A stretch of DNA of 18,266 bases from Capsulimonadales bacterium (GTDB lineage: Bacteria > Armatimonadota > Armatimonadia > Armatimonadales > Armatimonadaceae): the NCBI GenBank assembly GCA_033762295.1, contig JANRLW010000104.1, forward strand, positions 1-18,266, written 5' to 3'. A program made the translations under genes and the position numbers. This document shows positions 1 to 8,606 of this stretch, one piece after another. Position 1 is the first letter of the stretch. Each line of letters opens with the position of its first letter. Under the pieces are notes generated by a model that saw only the letters and a list, made by a program, of their open reading frames with translations, searched no databases and had not been told where the DNA came from.

Positions 1-13
1 CATCAACCGGCAT
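1..13 (-). CDS. Probable 5' end of a gene running off the left edge (MPVD...)
   Basis: Minus-strand AAGGAG (29-24) lies 10 nt before ATG at 13-11. Only four codons are visible. Confidence 0.3.
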
Positions 14-64
14 CGCTGCGGCACTCCTTCACTTGGGTACGGTATAGGTACTACATCATACGGC

Positions 65-92
65 AAAAGGCGGGTTCCCGGTTCCCCGCCTT
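65..92 (-). terminator. Putative intrinsic terminator of the 118-573 gene
   Basis: Minus-strand AAGGCGGG-N10-CCCGCCTT stem ending in TTTT, about 25 nt after the stop. Confidence 0.6.
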
Positions 93-117
93 GCTCGTAT
101 CCTGTTTCAGTGTACCG

Positions 118-573
118 CTAATTCGCCGCGGATTCTTCGTCCTTCGCCGCCATACGCTCGGTATGGTACTCCTCAATATCGGCATAGACGCCCTCGGGAA
201 AGGATAATTCCCGGTACAGGTTTCCGGAATCCGGGTCGTCCTCATCGATGATCCGAAACTCCTGCTGACGTTGCATTTCCAGGAGGCGTTCGCGGTTCGG
301 CGGGTTATATCCCTTTTCACCGATCCGCGCCACCATCGCGTTCGCCCGATCCTCCGACATCTCCGGTTGCCGCACCAGCAGGTCGGCGATCTCCTCGTCC
401 TTGAGAAAATGACGCGCCGTTGTCACGAAGACGAACTGGCCGTAATGCCCGATATCCTCACCGCGGGAAAGGGCTTCGATCAAACGGGCCATCGTCGGCG
501 ATTCGCGCAACGCCTCCATTCCCTTCCCCTCGGTCGACCTCTCCTCGGATGCCGTCGTGTTCCGTCCCGCCAT
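118..573 (-). CDS. Conserved hypothetical protein (~151 aa), possible primase large-subunit C-terminal-domain-like fold
   Basis: ORF 118..591; GAGGTG SD favours the ATG at 573. Motifs MARLIEALSRGEDIGHYGQFVF and GYNPPNRERL. Terminator downstream. Confidence 0.8.
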   Translation of the reverse strand: MAGRNTTASEERSTEGKGMEALRESPTMARLIEALSRGEDIGHYGQFVFVTTARHFLKDEEIADLLVRQPEMSEDRANAMVARIGEKGYNPPNRERLLEMQRQQEFRIIDEDDPDSGNLYRELSFPEGVYADIEEYHTERMAAKDEESAAN

Positions 574-662
574 TGCCTTCACCTCTTCCATACTTCGGTC
601 AAACTCTCCGAATCCGTGTTCCGGTGAACATAAGTATGATTCGACCTGTACCGGGTTCCGGA

Positions 663-691
663 TTGCCCAACCGGTACGTCCGCGCTATACT
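663..691 (+). promoter_or_regulatory. Sigma70-type promoter for aminotransferase-rnc
   Basis: TTGCCC (663-668), 17-nt spacer, TATACT (686-691). Confidence 0.65.
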
Positions 692-732
692 GTTATTCCG
701 AACGATTCATAAAGGAACTCTTTTCCGTTACA

Positions 733-1953
733 ATGTCTGTTGCCACGAATGCCGTTTCTCCGCTGTCGCGCCGCGCCGCCGCCTGCGCACCATCGCCGAC
801 CCTCGCCATTACCGCGAAAGCGAACCAGATGAAGGCCGACGGCATCGATGTCATCGCCTTCGGTGCGGGAGAACCGGATTTCGATACGCCGCAGCACATC
901 AAGGACGCCGCGATCGAAGCCCTGGCGAAAGGACAGACCAAATACACCCCGTCCACCGGAATTCCCGCGCTCAAATCCGCCATCATCGAAAAACTGCACC
1001 GCGATAACGGTCTCGCGTATGCCCCGGGCCAGATCATCGTCTCCTGCGGCGGAAAGCACTCCCTCTACAACATCTTCCAGGCGCTGTGCCAGGAAGGGGA
1101 CGAGGTTATCATCCCCGCGCCCTACTGGGTGTCCTACCCCGAGCAGGTGAAACTCGCCGACGCCACTCCCGTCATTATCGAAACGACCGATCTCCACGGG
1201 TTCGCACCGGCGATCGAACAGATCGAAGCGGCCATCTCCCCGCGCACGAAAGCGTTCGTTCTCAATTCGCCCTCCAACCCCACCGGAGCCATGTGGCCTC
1301 GCGCCACCATCGAAGCCCTGGCCGAACTGGCGGTCAAACACAACTTTTATGTCATCTCCGACGAGATCTACGAAAAGATCGTCTACGATGGAAATCAGGC
1401 GGTCTCCATCGCCTCCCTCGGTCCGGAGATCTACCGGCGCACCCTCACCGTCAACGGCCTCTCCAAAACCTACTCCATGACCGGCTGGCGAATCGGCTAC
1501 GTGGCTGGTGATCCGCACATCGTCGCCGCTATGGGACGCATTCAGGATCAGGTAACCAGCAACCCGACCTCGATCGCCCAATGGGCCGCGGTCGCCGCCC
1601 TCAACGGTCCCCAGGAGTTCCTCAACGAGTGGGTGGCCGAGTTCGATCGCCGTCGTCTCACCATTACGGACGGGTTGAACAACATCCCCCATATCACCTG
1701 CCGGAAGCCGGACGGCGCTTTTTACGTCTTTCCGAACGTGCTCGCCTGTATCGGACTGCAAACCGGTCAACGCGTGATCACCTCCGGCGACGACTTCGCC
1801 GATTACCTGCTCCAGGACGCCCGCGTTGCGGTCGTACCCGGCGGGGGATTCGGCGCTCCCGGTTTCCTGCGCCTCTCCTACGCCACCTCGATGAACGCCA
1901 TCACCGAGGGACTGAGACGTATCGGGGAAGCGGTCGAACGACTGCATTCCTGA
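733..1953 (+). CDS. aspC: PLP-dependent class I aminotransferase (aspartate aminotransferase, subgroup Ib type)
   Basis: Motifs GAGEPDFDTP, YWVSY, NSPSNPTG, SDEIY and SKTYSMTGWRIG (PLP lysine). Confidence 0.92.
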   Translation: MSVATNAVSPLSRRAAACAPSPTLAITAKANQMKADGIDVIAFGAGEPDFDTPQHIKDAAIEALAKGQTKYTPSTGIPALKSAIIEKLHRDNGLAYAPGQIIVSCGGKHSLYNIFQALCQEGDEVIIPAPYWVSYPEQVKLADATPVIIETTDLHGFAPAIEQIEAAISPRTKAFVLNSPSNPTGAMWPRATIEALAELAVKHNFYVISDEIYEKIVYDGNQAVSIASLGPEIYRRTLTVNGLSKTYSMTGWRIGYVAGDPHIVAAMGRIQDQVTSNPTSIAQWAAVAALNGPQEFLNEWVAEFDRRRLTITDGLNNIPHITCRKPDGAFYVFPNVLACIGLQTGQRVITSGDDFADYLLQDARVAVVPGGGFGAPGFLRLSYATSMNAITEGLRRIGEAVERLHS

Positions 1954-1980
1954 GGTCGCCATGATCGGAGAAAAGCGGGG

Positions 1981-2763
1981 ATGACGCGAAACGCGGACGA
2001 ACCGGCGTCGGTTGCGCCGGAATCGCTGGCGTCCTTCGCCGAAAAATGGGGGTTTTCCGGGTCGTCCGAACGCCTGAAACAGGCCCTGACCCATACCTCC
2101 GCCGCCACAAACGTCGCCGAAAGCAACGAACGCCTCGAATTCCTTGGCGATGCGCTTCTCTCCTCCTGGGTCGCCCGGTACCTGTTCGCCGCGTTACCAC
2201 CCGAGACCCGCGAGGATACGCTGTCCCGGGCGCGCGTTCGCATCGTTCGCAAGGAGACACTCGCCGCAGCCGGGCGAGCGCTTCGTCTGTCGGACTGGCT
2301 GGACGTCGGACGGGGGGAGCGGAAGGAAAACCGTCAGGAACGCGATTCCTTGATCGCCGACGCCTTCGAGGCGGTGGTCGCCGCCCTGTTTCTTGATGCC
2401 GGTGAGGAGGCGATGAACCGATTTCTCCGCGTGACCCTCGCCGAACCGCTCCGGGAGGTCATCGAATTCCCCCCGGAGGACGATCCGAAAACCCGCCTGC
2501 AGATTCGTCTGCAGGCCGACGGCCGGGGACTGCCCCTTTATGAGACGATCGAGGAGAAAAGGGACCGGGAACACCACCATTTCACCGTCGCCGTTCGCAC
2601 GGCGGATGGAACGATTCTCGGCACCGGGTCCGGTTCCAGTAAACGCGCCGCGCAACGTATGGCCGCATTGCATGCGCTGGAACGAACCGAACCGGCGCCC
2701 ACGGACCCGACGGACCCGCCTACCTCGCCTTCGGACGGCAGAGGAACCATGCCTGACTGCTGA
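1981..2763 (+). CDS. rnc: Ribonuclease III
   Basis: Signature NERLEFLGDA, acidic DAFEA motif, C-terminal dsRBD (DPKTRLQ...GSGSSKRAAQRMAA). Confidence 0.95.
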   Translation: MTRNADEPASVAPESLASFAEKWGFSGSSERLKQALTHTSAATNVAESNERLEFLGDALLSSWVARYLFAALPPETREDTLSRARVRIVRKETLAAAGRALRLSDWLDVGRGERKENRQERDSLIADAFEAVVAALFLDAGEEAMNRFLRVTLAEPLREVIEFPPEDDPKTRLQIRLQADGRGLPLYETIEEKRDREHHHFTVAVRTADGTILGTGSGSSKRAAQRMAALHALERTEPAPTDPTDPPTSPSDGRGTMPDC

Positions 2764-3481
2764 ACCATCCCCCCAGAAACCCGAGCGGCGAATACAGCGT
2801 CTTCTCCACCGTCAGCGATTGTTCGATCCGCTTTCGCAGACGCCGCCAGTTGAATCCGTAGTGGGAGTGGAACGGAGCCTCCTTCGAACCGTATATCGGG
2901 CGCTCAATAACGGAGTCAGCCGTGGCAAGGATCATTTTCAACGCAGCGGCCGGAGTGTATTTCTCATAGTGCCGGTAGTCGCCGATGCCGCGCCACCCGG
3001 CGACCGTTCGAATCGAATACTTCAAAAGAAACGTCGGGCCGATCTCGATCGGAACGCTGATGATGATGCGGGCATCCGGAGCCGCCAGACGAACCATATC
3101 CGACAGAACACGATCCACCGCGGGTTCCGGGCAGTGCTCCAGCGTTTCCATACAGGTGATCACCCGGTAAGCCCCCGTATGTTCCGGAGCGAGCAGTTCC
3201 TCGATCGTATAAAACTCCATGTTGGAGTAGGCGCCGAAACGCTGACGACAGTCGACGATCTGATCCTCCGCGATATCCGACCCGGCGCAAACCGGGAACC
3301 GATCCCGTACCATCGCCAGGAACGAACCGTCCCCCGACCCGTAATCGAGAAGTTTTCCGTCCGAATAGGCGGAAGCGAGTTCGACCGCTTTCTTAAAACG
3401 GGCGCCGTGAGACCAGGCGATCACACGAGATTTGCAGCCGATCTGTTTCTGGGCGTAATGCCCTTCCAGCATGGAATCCAA
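2720..3481 (-). CDS. Class I SAM-dependent methyltransferase
   Basis: LLDYGSGDG motif I, GSDIA, ITCMETLEH, IISVP. GGAGG supports a TTG start at 3481 or ATG at 3472; start uncertain. Confidence 0.88.
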   Translation of the reverse strand: MDSMLEGHYAQKQIGCKSRVIAWSHGARFKKAVELASAYSDGKLLDYGSGDGSFLAMVRDRFPVCAGSDIAEDQIVDCRQRFGAYSNMEFYTIEELLAPEHTGAYRVITCMETLEHCPEPAVDRVLSDMVRLAAPDARIIISVPIEIGPTFLLKYSIRTVAGWRGIGDYRHYEKYTPAAALKMILATADSVIERPIYGSKEAPFHSHYGFNWRRLRKRIEQSLTVEKTLYSPLGFLGGWFSSQAWFLCRPKAR

Positions 3482-3547
3482 GGGTACCTCCGAAACCGAC
3501 ACCGGAGTGAAAAGGAAGGTTGAATTATGGCGGCGTAGGTCGGTCGT

Positions 3548-3577
3548 ATTCTACTCCGCTTTGCCAATCGCTTGCAA
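3548..3577 (-). promoter_or_regulatory. Sigma70-type promoter for the methyltransferase
   Basis: Minus-strand TTGCAA (3577-3572), 18-nt spacer, TAGAAT (3553-3548). Confidence 0.5.
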
Positions 3578-3639
3578 ACCCGTCGGCACTTCCCGTTAAG
3601 TCCCGCCGCAAACAAACCGCCTCCGACATCGAACGCCCC

Positions 3640-3669
3640 TTGCTAACCCGCGAAGCACTTCGATACACT
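3640..3669 (+). promoter_or_regulatory. Sigma70-type promoter for leuB
   Basis: TTGCTA (3640-3645), 18-nt spacer, TACACT (3664-3669). Confidence 0.5.
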
Positions 3670-3700
3670 GGCACGAAACACCGTTCTTCAGGAGGTGACT

Positions 3701-4801
3701 GTGCGAATAGCGATACTGCCGGGTGACGGGATCGGCCCCGAGATTATTCACGAAGCAACGAAAGTGCTGGAAGCGATTCGGGAACGATTTGCCCTCGACC
3801 TTGAATGGAACGACGCTCTCATAGGAGGCGCGGCCTACGACGCCACCGGGCATCCCCTTCCGCCGGAAACGCTCGATCTGTGCCGTGAATCCGACGCCGT
3901 CCTTCTCGGCGCGGTGGGCGGACCGAAGTACGACACGATCGAACCGCCGGAACTGCGGCCCGAACGCGGCGCGCTCCTTCCCCTGCGTCGACATCTGGGC
4001 CTGTATGCCAACCTCCGCCCCGCCATCCTCTACCCGGCCCTCGCCGACGCCTCCTCCCTCCGACCGTCGCTGGTGGAAAACGGACTCGATATCCTTGTCG
4101 TCCGGGAGTTGACCGGGGGCATCTACTTCGGCCAACCGAAATCCAACGACGGCGCTACCGCAATCGATACCGCCATCTACAACCGGACGGAGATCGAACG
4201 CATCGCGCGCATCGGATTCGAAGCCGCCGCCCGTCGTGGAAAAAAACTCTGCTCCGTCGATAAAGCCAACGTTCTCGAAACGTCCCGACTCTGGCGAACG
4301 ATCGTCCATGAGGTGGCCGCCGACTATCCCGAAATCGAACTGATCGATATGCTGGTCGATAACTGTGCGATGCAACTGGTTCGCAACCCGGGGCAGTTCG
4401 ATGTCATCGTTACGGAAAATATGTTCGGTGACATTCTCTCCGATGAAGCCGCCATGCTGACCGGTTCCCTCGGCATGCTGCCGTCCGCGTCCCTGGGCGA
4501 ACGACGGACGTCCTACGGTACGTTCGGTCTTTACGAACCCTGTCACGGGTCCGCGCCGGATATCGCCGGCCAGGGCATCGCCAATCCCCTCGCCACCATT
4601 CTGTCGGTAGCGATGCTTCTCCGCTACTCCTTCCGCGAGGAGGATGCCGCGGAATGTGTCGAGGACGCCGTCCGTTCGGTCCTCGCTCAGGGATTGCGGA
4701 CACCCGATATCGCCGCCGCCGGTCAGCCGACGATCGGCACCGCCGAAATGGGCGATGCGGTCGTGGACGCCGTCCATACGGAATTCATTCCCGGCGACTG
4801 A
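3701..4801 (+). CDS. leuB: 3-isopropylmalate dehydrogenase
   Basis: [66 protein letters not shown] at 3691-3695 favours GTG 3701. Confidence 0.97.
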   Translation: MRIAILPGDGIGPEIIHEATKVLEAIRERFALDLEWNDALIGGAAYDATGHPLPPETLDLCRESDAVLLGAVGGPKYDTIEPPELRPERGALLPLRRHLGLYANLRPAILYPALADASSLRPSLVENGLDILVVRELTGGIYFGQPKSNDGATAIDTAIYNRTEIERIARIGFEAAARRGKKLCSVDKANVLETSRLWRTIVHEVAADYPEIELIDMLVDNCAMQLVRNPGQFDVIVTENMFGDILSDEAAMLTGSLGMLPSASLGERRTSYGTFGLYEPCHGSAPDIAGQGIANPLATILSVAMLLRYSFREEDAAECVEDAVRSVLAQGLRTPDIAAAGQPTIGTAEMGDAVVDAVHTEFIPGD

Positions 4802-5177
4802 CGGGGTTCGCGATTTCGATCAGGTTGCCGTCGGGATCGCGAGCATACAGAGACAACAGGGGGCCGGTCGCTCCGGTACGCGCGACCGGCCCCTGTTCGA
4901 TAGCGACACCGATCGAACGCCAGTGATCGGCCACCTCCGCGAGAGGCACGTCGGTCAGGAAACAGAGGTCCGCCGAACCCGGCGTCGGCAACGATGCCTT
5001 CGGTTCGAACTCCCGTCCGAACAAATGCAGATTGATCTTCTGATCACCGAACGACAGGGCCGTTCGCCCCTCTCCGAAGGAAACGATTGACAGGCCAAGC
5101 GCGCGAACGTACCAGTCACAGGTTCGATCGATGTCTCGAACCGTCAACACCAGATGGTCAAGCGCCGTCACCCGCAT
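4785..5177 (-). CDS. VOC/glyoxalase family protein
   Basis: [51 protein letters not shown]. Confidence 0.92.
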   Translation of the reverse strand: MRVTALDHLVLTVRDIDRTCDWYVRALGLSIVSFGEGRTALSFGDQKINLHLFGREFEPKASLPTPGSADLCFLTDVPLAEVADHWRSIGVAIEQGPVARTGATGPLLSLYARDPDGNLIEIANPVSRRE

Positions 5178-5212
5178 CCTTGCCTCCGGAAGGCCACCGC
5201 CATCAGGGGGCG

Positions 5213-5242
5213 GTCAATGGGTGTCAATGGGTGTCAATGGGT
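5213..5242. repeat. Three perfect tandem copies of the 10-mer GTCAATGGGT
   Basis: Copies at 5213-5222, 5223-5232 and 5233-5242; the last contains the hisS stop. Confidence 0.9.
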
Positions 5243-6520
5243 CAGGAAGTACGACAGATCCTTCAAGGGAACCGCACGCTGTTCCTTTTCCGCCGTTAAC
5301 TGGTTGCGCAACTGGACGACCCCCTGCGCCAGTTCCTCATCCCCGATGATGACGACATAGTGGGCCTTGACCCGGTCCGCCTGTTCCAGCATCGTTTTCA
5401 GTTTCCGGCCGGTATAGTCCATGTCGGCGGCGATCCCGGATCGCCGTATGGTCGCCAGCAGACCGACACAGGCATCCCGCGCCGCCTGACCGATCGGACA
5501 GAGCATCACACGGGGCGCCGGAGGCTCGGGAACCTTCACGCCCGCCGCCTGAAGGGCGATCAATGCCCGCTCGATCCCCAGGCCGAAACCGATTCCCGGT
5601 GTCGGCGGCCCGCCGATCTCCTCTACCAGACGGTCGTACCGACCGCCGCCCGCCAGTGCGGATTGCGCCCCGACATCCGGTGACACCACCTCGAACGTCG
5701 TTCGGGTGTAATAATCGAACCCGCGCACCAGCAGTTCGTCGTGTTCGTAAGAGACGCCGAGAGTTTCCAGATACTGGCACAACTTGTCGAAATGCGCCCG
5801 ATCCTCATGGCTCAGGAAGGCGGAAAGTTTGGGGGCGGTCGACAGAATGCGAATATCCCGCTCGTCCTTGCTGTCCAGCATTCGCAGGGCGTTCTCGCGG
5901 AACCGCCGCTGATTATCCTCGCTCATCTCCGACAGAAACGGCTCGGCGTAACCCCGCAACGCCTGAATGTAACGCGCCCGACTCTCGACGTTCCCCACCG
6001 AATTGACCTTCAGGGTCAGACGGGCGACTCCCAGACGTCGGAAAAACGCCATCGCCAGCGAGATGATCTCCGCGTCCACATCCGGTCCGGCGGCTCCGAG
6101 CACTTCGACCCCCACCTGATGGTGCTGGCGGTAACGCCCCTTTTGCTGCCGCTCATACCGGAAGATCGAGGAGATATAGTACAGCTTCGTCACCGGACGT
6201 TCGATGTAAAGACGGTGCTGTACGAAGGCGCGCAGTGCGGGCGCCGTCCCCTCCGGTCGCAGCGTGTACTCGTCCCCGCCCTTGGTCGTGAACTCGTACA
6301 TCTCCTTGCTGACGATATCCGTTCCCTCGCCGACCGCCCGCTTGAACAGGTCCGTCGATTCGAACGTCGGCGTACGAACCTCGTCATATCCGAACTTCAC
6401 GGCCAGTTCGCGGAAAACGTTCTCCAGCCAGTGCCACTTATCGATATCGTCGGCCCAGTCGGTCCGATCAGGCCCGGCCGGCAGAAGGTCATGGGTGCCT
6501 TTCGGCGCGGAAAATCGCAT
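5234..6520 (-). CDS. hisS: Histidine--tRNA ligase
   Basis: PKGTHDLLP, TDIVSKEMY, LRPEGTA, FRYERQQKGRYRQHHQ, LVRGFDYY, GGGRYD, GFGLGIER, anticodon-binding domain. Start at ATG 6520 (or 6529), not 6772. Confidence 0.97.
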   Translation of the reverse strand: MRFSAPKGTHDLLPAGPDRTDWADDIDKWHWLENVFRELAVKFGYDEVRTPTFESTDLFKRAVGEGTDIVSKEMYEFTTKGGDEYTLRPEGTAPALRAFVQHRLYIERPVTKLYYISSIFRYERQQKGRYRQHHQVGVEVLGAAGPDVDAEIISLAMAFFRRLGVARLTLKVNSVGNVESRARYIQALRGYAEPFLSEMSEDNQRRFRENALRMLDSKDERDIRILSTAPKLSAFLSHEDRAHFDKLCQYLETLGVSYEHDELLVRGFDYYTRTTFEVVSPDVGAQSALAGGGRYDRLVEEIGGPPTPGIGFGLGIERALIALQAAGVKVPEPPAPRVMLCPIGQAARDACVGLLATIRRSGIAADMDYTGRKLKTMLEQADRVKAHYVVIIGDEELAQGVVQLRNQLTAEKEQRAVPLKDLSYFLTH

Positions 6521-6527
6521 ATCCGGC

Positions 6528-6536
6528 ATTGTACCA
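6528..6536 (-). promoter_or_regulatory. Extended -10 element for hisS
   Basis: Minus-strand TGGTACAAT (TGn-TACAAT), 7 nt upstream of ATG 6520. Confidence 0.6.
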
Positions 6537-6599
6537 TGGGACGCCTCCCCGGAAGGGGTTCCGGATTGTCGCCGCGAAATACCTCCCGGAGGAATGTCC

Positions 6600-8546
6600 A
6601 TGGATTTTCGGTTGACTCCCGGCAACGTCGTTCGCGCGGTCCTGCTCGTCGCCGGCTTGACCCTTCTCAGTCCCCCGGGCCTGGCGCAGCCCCGTCCGGT
6701 GGTCGTCGTTTCCTGGGACGGGGCGGCCGACTGGATCGTCGACCGACTTCTGGCCGAAGGCAAACTGCCCAACGTCGCCGCTCTGGCGAAACGCGGTGTC
6801 CGGGCCGCCTATGCCGTGCCCGCCTTCCCCTCGAAAACCGCCTGCGGACACGCCGCAATCTGGACGGGTACGTACGGCGATGGCAACGGTATCACCGGGA
6901 ACGCCGTCCCGGTTCTCCCGCGGAACGCCCATTCGATCCTGGAAACGACCTCCGGTTTCCTGGCGACCTCGATGCGAGCCGAACCGCTCTTCGTCACCGC
7001 CGCCAAAGCGGGCAAAAAAGTGGTCGTCCTCTCCGCGACGCAGAGTTTCCCGCCGGAACGTTATGCTGAAACCCTGGCCGAATCGAAAGTGCCTCGGGAA
7101 CGGTTCCTGACGTTCGACGGCTTCGAATCGCCGATCGCGCCCGAAGTCGTCCGCACCGGCGACGAGTTCCGCGATGCGCCCGAATCGCCGGCCCTGCCGC
7201 CGCATACCGGCAAGGTGAAAACGTCCTCGTTCGATATCGCCGGAACCGCGGTCACGGCCTTCGTCCTGGATGACCCGGCGGACCCGGTCAACGGGTTCGA
7301 CACCGTCGTTCTGCGCTTCCCGTCCGGAGGTGACGAACTCCGTCTGAAACCCGTCCCCGCCTCCGATTCCCTTGCCGCCTACTCCCGACGAATTCCGATC
7401 ACGGTCCGCGACCCGAAACGTGGCGAACTCTTCGGGTTCACCTGCTTCCGACTCTTCGAACTCAACCCGGCCGACGGATCGATGGTTCTCTTTCAACGAG
7501 GTGTCAACGGCCTGCGCGGAACCTCCACCGTCGCCGAGCGACGTGAATACCTCGATGCCTATGGCGGCTTCCATAGCGTTCCCTGGGACGCCTACGACCG
7601 GGGTCGCCTCGGTAAAACCCTCTGGCAAGGCGGCGACGGCGAGGCCGAAAAACGCCTCCTGGAAACCATCCGCCTGGATTGCCACTACCTCAAAAACGGA
7701 ACGGCCTTCGCTCTCCGCACCTACCGACCCGATCTACTTTTCCATTACGGTCCGATGATCGACAGCGCGGGACACGAATGGATGGGCGCGCTCGATCCGG
7801 AAAGCCCCCGCTACGAACCGGAAAGGGCGAAGCGACTGATGCCCTTCTACGAACAGGTGTACGCCCTCTACGATGACTGGCTCGGACAGATCCTGAAAGA
7901 CGCCGGGCCGAAGGCGATGATCTGTCTCGTCAGCGACCACGGCATGTCCGGCGTCGGAAAGCGGTTCTCCCCGAACACGGTTCTGGAAACGGCGGGCCTG
8001 ATGAACCGAACCGCGGACGGCAAGGGGATCGATCTCACCCGGACACGCATTTGCGCCCCGCCGTGGGGCGACTATCTGCTGACCGTCAATGGCACCGACT
8101 GGGCGCAGGGAATCGTCTCGCCGACCGAACGTGACAAAACTCTCCAGGAGGCAATCACCGCCCTGCTGGCCTACCGGGACCCGGATTCCGGAAAGGCGGT
8201 CGTCCATCGCGTCTTCCGGCCCGAGGAGGTCGTCGGCCTCGGAATCGGTGGCGAGGCGGGCGGCGATCTGTATCTGGACTTCGCTCCCGGATATGTCCCG
8301 ACCGGACGTTGGGAACCCTCCGCCCTTCTCCCCTACGGTTCCGACATCGGTGGCGGCGTCCACGGGTTCTTCCCGCTGCGAAAGAAAATGCAGGCGATCT
8401 TCTTCCTCGGCGGACCGGACGTCCTCCACGATCGGGAGATTCCGGGCGTTCGGCAGATCGATATTGCCCCGACCCTGGCGCGAATTCTCCGGATACCCGC
8501 TCCCGCCGATTCCGTCGGTCATATTCTCGGCGAATGCTTCCGCTGA
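6600..8546 (+). CDS. Secreted alkaline phosphatase superfamily protein (type I phosphodiesterase / nucleotide pyrophosphatase-like)
   Basis: GGAGG (6588-6592) before ATG 6600; signal peptide ending GLA-Q; metal and nucleophile motifs SWDG, FPSKT..GH...WTG, DSAGH, SDHG, GVHG, DIAPT. Confidence 0.88.
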   Translation: MDFRLTPGNVVRAVLLVAGLTLLSPPGLAQPRPVVVVSWDGAADWIVDRLLAEGKLPNVAALAKRGVRAAYAVPAFPSKTACGHAAIWTGTYGDGNGITGNAVPVLPRNAHSILETTSGFLATSMRAEPLFVTAAKAGKKVVVLSATQSFPPERYAETLAESKVPRERFLTFDGFESPIAPEVVRTGDEFRDAPESPALPPHTGKVKTSSFDIAGTAVTAFVLDDPADPVNGFDTVVLRFPSGGDELRLKPVPASDSLAAYSRRIPITVRDPKRGELFGFTCFRLFELNPADGSMVLFQRGVNGLRGTSTVAERREYLDAYGGFHSVPWDAYDRGRLGKTLWQGGDGEAEKRLLETIRLDCHYLKNGTAFALRTYRPDLLFHYGPMIDSAGHEWMGALDPESPRYEPERAKRLMPFYEQVYALYDDWLGQILKDAGPKAMICLVSDHGMSGVGKRFSPNTVLETAGLMNRTADGKGIDLTRTRICAPPWGDYLLTVNGTDWAQGIVSPTERDKTLQEAITALLAYRDPDSGKAVVHRVFRPEEVVGLGIGGEAGGDLYLDFAPGYVPTGRWEPSALLPYGSDIGGGVHGFFPLRKKMQAIFFLGGPDVLHDREIPGVRQIDIAPTLARILRIPAPADSVGHILGECFR

Positions 8547-8606
8547 CGCCCCGGTACAATAACGCTCAGGAACGACGATTTTGAGAACAGCTATGAGAAC
8601 AACGAA

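Noticed and set aside
5213..5242. Possible CRISPR or mini-array
   Set aside because: Contiguous 10-bp units with no spacers and no cas genes.
6264..6772. Apparent 500-bp head-to-head overlap of hisS and the phosphodiesterase
   Set aside because: Artefact of longest-ORF starts; motif, SD and signal-peptide evidence puts the starts at 6520 and 6600.
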